Source: an uncultured Armatimonadetes bacterium (GTDB lineage: Bacteria > Armatimonadota > UBA5829 > DTJY01). Taken from it: 64,000 nt of DNA. Both the position numbers and the translations under genes were made by a program. The notes under the pieces are model-generated. The model had not been told where the DNA came from. It did no database searches and saw only the letters and a list, made by a program, of their open reading frames with translations. Below are positions 60,127 to 64,000 of this stretch, one piece after another. Each line of letters begins with the position of its first letter. Positions within the stretch are counted from its first letter, which is position 1. The stretch spans positions 1,600,001 to 1,664,000 of the forward strand of contig OY970325.1 in assembly GCA_963717145.1 (NCBI GenBank). Reading direction: 5' to 3'.

Positions 60127-61014
60127 TCAGAACCGCAGACTTATCAGCCCGACCGAGTACTTCCTGCCCTCAATGTTTTCGTGAGTTTTGAGCTTGCTCT
60201 TGCTCTTGTTGTTCGCCGCGAGCTTTGCCCTGAGTTGCTCGATCGCCCCAGGCTCGTCGAGAACAACAGTCTTCATGGCCACCTTCCCCAGGGACACCTT
60301 GCTTGCTCCGGCAGGTTCCGTGGCAACGGGCGTCGAGGCGACCTCGTCTTTCTCAGGCTCGACCGGCGTGTTCAGGACAACCTCGGTCTTGACTACCGGC
60401 TCCTCCAGCTTCGGCTCTTCTACTACGACCGGCTGGTCAGAGTTCGAAACACTCCTTTCGACGGGTGGTGACGCCACCGGACTCTTCACGTCCTTGGCAC
60501 TTGCGACCGCCTTCCCGCCGCGGATTCTCGATCTTGCGATTCTCGTCTTCGGGCGGGCGGCGATGATGTTGGGACGAGCGGGGGTTTGCTCCTCGACGCT
60601 CACGTTCGGCAGCCCGGGGGCCGACTTTTCGATGCGCTCGGTCGGGTTGTTCAGCGCAATCGGTGTCTGGACGCCACCGTTGTTCGAGAGCAGGATCCCG
60701 AACAGGACGATGGCGGCGGCAACCGGAGCGCCGGCCCAACGCGCCATCGTGGGCACGTGATCGAACGCGCTCTTGACTCTCGCGAGGAAGCCGGTCCGGT
60801 TCACCGTGGCAGCTTCGATCTGTGCCAGCAGGAACGCGGGCGGCTCGACTTCGGGGGTGGTCCGAAGCATTCCGGTCATGCACTGGAGCGCTTTCCACTC
60901 CGATGCGCAGGAGTCGCACTCGCTCAGATGCGTCTTCATCATCGCGGCATCCGAGTTCTGTACTTCTCCGTCGATGTATGCGGACAGCATCGACAACACT
61001 TTCTGACAGCTCAT
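60127..61014 (-). CDS. Membrane-anchored ZAS (zf-HC2) anti-sigma-like protein
   Basis: LSAYIDGE, HLSECDSC, one TM helix, Pro/Glu-rich linker; AGGAGG RBS. Confidence 0.85.
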   Translation of the reverse strand: MSCQKVLSMLSAYIDGEVQNSDAAMMKTHLSECDSCASEWKALQCMTGMLRTTPEVEPPAFLLAQIEAATVNRTGFLARVKSAFDHVPTMARWAGAPVAAAIVLFGILLSNNGGVQTPIALNNPTERIEKSAPGLPNVSVEEQTPARPNIIAARPKTRIARSRIRGGKAVASAKDVKSPVASPPVERSVSNSDQPVVVEEPKLEEPVVKTEVVLNTPVEPEKDEVASTPVATEPAGASKVSLGKVAMKTVVLDEPGAIEQLRAKLAANNKSKSKLKTHENIEGRKYSVGLISLRF

Positions 61015-61134
61015 TTCCGTAACCTCCTGGTTGGAATTGGACTTACACTACTTCAAACAACTGGGAGGCGCGGATGTTACAGGTATTTCCACGGGGATGG
61101 TAGAGAATTTGCTGCAGAATGTGTAGACCGACGA

Positions 61135-61800
61135 TCAGAGATATGGATTCGTGTCTCTTTCGTCGCCGATTGAGGTCATTGGGCCGTGGCCGGGGTAGAC
61201 GGCGGTGTCGTCGGGGAGGATGAGGAGCTTCTCGTGGATAGCCGTCGTGAGTTGGTCCATCGAGCCACCGGGGAAGTCGGTGCGACCGATGCTTCCCGAG
61301 AAGAGGGTGTCGCCGGCAAAGAGATGGCCCTCAGTGTACAGGCAGATCCCGCCCGGGGTGTGCCCGGGCGTGTGGATAACCCGGAAGGTGATCGAGCCGA
61401 CCTCGATCTCATCGCCATCGACGAGCTGGCGGTCGGCGGGCGGGCTGGTTGCAGGCTCATCACCGACGTACCCCGAGAGGTTCAGCATCGGATCGGTCAG
61501 GAAGTCCGCGTCGGCCTCGTGGATCATGATCGGGCAGCGGAAGCGCGACTTCAGGTCGCCGTTCGCGGCGATATGGTCGCCGTGCCCGTGGGTGTTTACG
61601 ATCGCGATGACATTCAGGCCTTCGGAGTCGATCAGCCTGAGGATAAGATCGGGGTCGCCGCCGGGATCGATGACGATTACGTCCCCACCTCGGGAGGGCG
61701 AGGCTCCGTCCGAGCCGCCGCACTCCAAAGTACCCACGAGGTAGCAGTTGGTTGCGTAAGGAGTAACCACAACGGCGCGGACATAGAGATCGGTGGGCAC
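61135..61800 (-). CDS. MBL-fold hydrolase (glyoxalase II-like)
   Basis: THGHGDH, HTPGHT, GDTLF..GRTD, PGHG. Confidence 0.93.
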   Translation of the reverse strand: MPTDLYVRAVVVTPYATNCYLVGTLECGGSDGASPSRGGDVIVIDPGGDPDLILRLIDSEGLNVIAIVNTHGHGDHIAANGDLKSRFRCPIMIHEADADFLTDPMLNLSGYVGDEPATSPPADRQLVDGDEIEVGSITFRVIHTPGHTPGGICLYTEGHLFAGDTLFSGSIGRTDFPGGSMDQLTTAIHEKLLILPDDTAVYPGHGPMTSIGDERDTNPYL

Positions 61801-62642
61801 TACCAGGCCCCTCCATGGATGAACCTGCGCGACCGCTCGATCAAGTCCATGTCGTACGGATCGAGATCGCCGGCCTCCTCATATCGGGCCGCGGCGCGCT
61901 CCTCGTCTCCACGCCAAAGGTAGGTATCACCCAACAGGCAGATGTACGTCGGCTTGAAGTTGAGTCTGCCCGCCTCCCGATACGCTTCCGAGGCGTCCTC
62001 AAAGCGTCCTACTCGCGCGTAGAACATACCAAGCCTCGACACATAATAGTCGTCGCCCGGGCAGAACGACACCGCCTGCTCCATATCACGGATCGCTTCG
62101 TCCATGCGTCCGGCATCGGCGTAGAGGGTTGCAAGCTCGAAGTGGTAGAAGCCCTCCGCCGGGCGGGAGGCGACGGCGTGCTCCAACTGCTCGATGGCTT
62201 CATCGGTCCGGCCAATCACCTTGTATGCGCAGGAGAGCTTATACCGGTAGAAAGCGTTCCCCGGCGACAGCTCGACGGCAGTGCAGAACTCCTCGATCGC
62301 GGCCGCCCACTTCCCGTACCGGACATACACCTCTGCCAGGCTGAAATGAGGCTCGGGGGTCTTCGGATCCCTCTTCAGGGCCTTGCGGTACTGCGCCACG
62401 GCATTGACCGGCAACTCGGCGAAGGCGTAGGCGTCACCGAGGTTCGTGCGGTGGCATGAATCGTCCTCGATACGCGCCGCCTTCTTGTAACGAGTTATGG
62501 CGTGATGAAGCCTGCCCTTCTCCACATACTGATCCGCCAGGGCCTTGTTGCCGTCAGCGGTCTTGGGCTCGCGAGGAGGCTCTTCCGGCCGTTCCACAGG
62601 CTCTTTTTCAGGCTCTTTGCCGAATGGGAAACCGCGTATCAT
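61800..62642 (-). CDS. TPR repeat protein
   Basis: Tandem 34-aa TPR patterns; GGAGG RBS. Confidence 0.88.
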   Translation of the reverse strand: MIRGFPFGKEPEKEPVERPEEPPREPKTADGNKALADQYVEKGRLHHAITRYKKAARIEDDSCHRTNLGDAYAFAELPVNAVAQYRKALKRDPKTPEPHFSLAEVYVRYGKWAAAIEEFCTAVELSPGNAFYRYKLSCAYKVIGRTDEAIEQLEHAVASRPAEGFYHFELATLYADAGRMDEAIRDMEQAVSFCPGDDYYVSRLGMFYARVGRFEDASEAYREAGRLNFKPTYICLLGDTYLWRGDEERAAARYEEAGDLDPYDMDLIERSRRFIHGGAW

Positions 62643-62664
62643 ATGTAAACCTCCAGCGAGGACC

Positions 62665-62752
62665 GTAGGGGCGATCCTTCAACGGTCGCCCGCGATTCGG
62701 ACAGCCTTATGATCATCCGCCTGACGGGCGACCGTTGAAGGATCGCCCCTAC
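62665..62752. repeat. GTAG REP doublet, family C
   Basis: Arms match the 12578 copy. Confidence 0.9.
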
Positions 62753-62758
62753 GGTGAT

Positions 62759-63198
62759 CTAGTCTGTATCAAGCAAGATAGTCACCGGTCCATCGTTCTC
62801 TATCGTCACTAACATTTTAGCACGGAACTGACCAGTTTGTACCAAAATATTGCGTTTTTTCAACCCGCCGACGTAACTTTGATAAAGCGCATCCGCAAGC
62901 TCAGGAGGCGCTGCCTCGGTGAAGCTCGGCGCCGGCCCTTGCGAGCATCCCCATAGAGCGTAAACTGCGAGACGACGAGCATCTCTCCGCCGACATCGAG
63001 AAGGGACAGGTTCATCTTGCCATCGTCGTCCTCGAAGATCCGCAGGTTCGCGGTCTTGTCCGCGAGGAAGGCAGCCTCGCCCTCGGAGTCGTTCGTCCCA
63101 ACCCCGAGCAGCACGAGGAGCCCTCTGCCTATCGAGGAGACGATCTCGCCATCAATGGCCACGGAAGCCGAACGGACGCGCTGAAGTACCGCTCGCAT
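62759..63198 (-). CDS. dtd: D-aminoacyl-tRNA deacylase; one base missing near 62930
   Basis: [17 protein letters not shown], then in shifted frame [18 protein letters not shown]-stop. Confidence 0.93.
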
Positions 63199-63199
63199 T

Positions 63200-64000
63200 C
63201 TAGACGCCTTCCTCATCGGGGACAGTCGCGCGCCGCACCTCCAGAATGTCCGTAATGCTGCCTACAAGCTTTATGAGCCTGCTCAGGTGCTCGACGTCGT
63301 CCAACTCCACGACTAGATCGAAAGCAGCCGTCTTGTCCGAAAATGACTTGATTTTCGCCGAGCAGATATTCGTCTTGCTCTCACTGAAGACCGCCGATAT
63401 GTCGTTCAGCAGCCCGACGCGGTCCATCGCTTCGATATGCAGTCCTGTGCGGAAGCGCTCCCCGCTCGCGTGCCCCCACTCCACCTCTATGAGCCGATCA
63501 GGCTCTCTCTCCATGTACGCGACTAGATTCGAGCAGTCTCTGCGGTGGAGAGTGATACCCCTCCCGCGGGTGACGTAGCCCATCACGTCATCGCCGGGGA
63601 TCGGGGTGCAGCACTTCGAGCGGCGGATTGCGATTCCATCCACACCGCCGGCAACGATGCCGAGCTTCGCCTCGCCGGTCGGTCGCTTGCCGGTGATCGT
63701 CAGCTCGTTGGGAGGGGGCTGAGTCGCCTTCAGCCGATTCATGACCGTCATTGCGGGAATATGGCCGTATCCGATGCCGGCGAACAGATCGTCCTCCGAC
63801 TGGACATTCAGGTGGGCGAGGACACTCTGCACGTGTTCGACTTCGAGAAGCTCCTGGGGATCGAGCCCCTGGCGCTCGATCTCCTTCTCGAGCATCTCCC
63901 GTCCCTTGGCGACGCTCTCGTTGTAACGCAGCTTTCGAAAATGCTGCTTGACCTTGCTGCGGGCGTGCGATGTCTTGACGAAGTTCAGCCAGTCGAGGCT
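63200..64000 (-). CDS. rel: RelA/SpoT (p)ppGpp synthetase/hydrolase, C-terminal part
   Basis: [33 protein letters not shown] domain DRVGLL; rel-dtd gene order. Confidence 0.95.
   Translation of the reverse strand, partial: SLDWLNFVKTSHARSKVKQHFRKLRYNESVAKGREMLEKEIERQGLDPQELLEVEHVQSVLAHLNVQSEDDLFAGIGYGHIPAMTVMNRLKATQPPPNELTITGKRPTGEAKLGIVAGGVDGIAIRRSKCCTPIPGDDVMGYVTRGRGITLHRRDCSNLVAYMEREPDRLIEVEWGHASGERFRTGLHIEAMDRVGLLNDISAVFSESKTNICSAKIKSFSDKTAAFDLVVELDDVEHLSRLIKLVGSITDILEVRRATVPDEEGV

Noticed and set aside
34007-63198. Programmed frameshifting or true pseudogenes in plsX, pdhA, pdhC and dtd
   Set aside because: No canonical slippery sites and no other decay; sequencing indels are the simpler explanation.

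Overview
GC-rich bacterial chromosome segment, mostly housekeeping genes. An Armatimonadota-like diderm is my guess from gene content, not a database result. Content: T-box-controlled ilvD (partial), an ankyrin lipoprotein, a dapF gene string, hisF-hisI with two 5'-nucleotidases, an ECF sigma/anti-sigma/NfeD locus, acuC-like deacetylase, MATE, four tRNAs, a RelE-type TA pair, a long minus-strand run (recG-coaD-pta-ackA-yceD-rpmF-plsX-fabHDG-acpP-fabF-aminotransferase-rnc-mtnP-mtnA-apt), sbcCD, pdhABC, large envelope proteins and rel-dtd. Seven genes carry frameshifts that one added or removed base would repair, probably long-read errors. The main non-routine feature is about 25 REP/REPIN-like palindromes from at least 10 families plus inverted pairs of 7-9 nt tandem repeats. 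Many palindromes have copy-specific inverted flanks, four supply a gene's stop codon, and several sit in-frame inside genes. No RAYT/transposase, integrase or CRISPR array was seen. Other candidates: a methyltransferase/D,D-dipeptidase fusion, an orphan anti-sigma next to a repeat-containing beta-barrel-like protein, and a probable ATA start codon.
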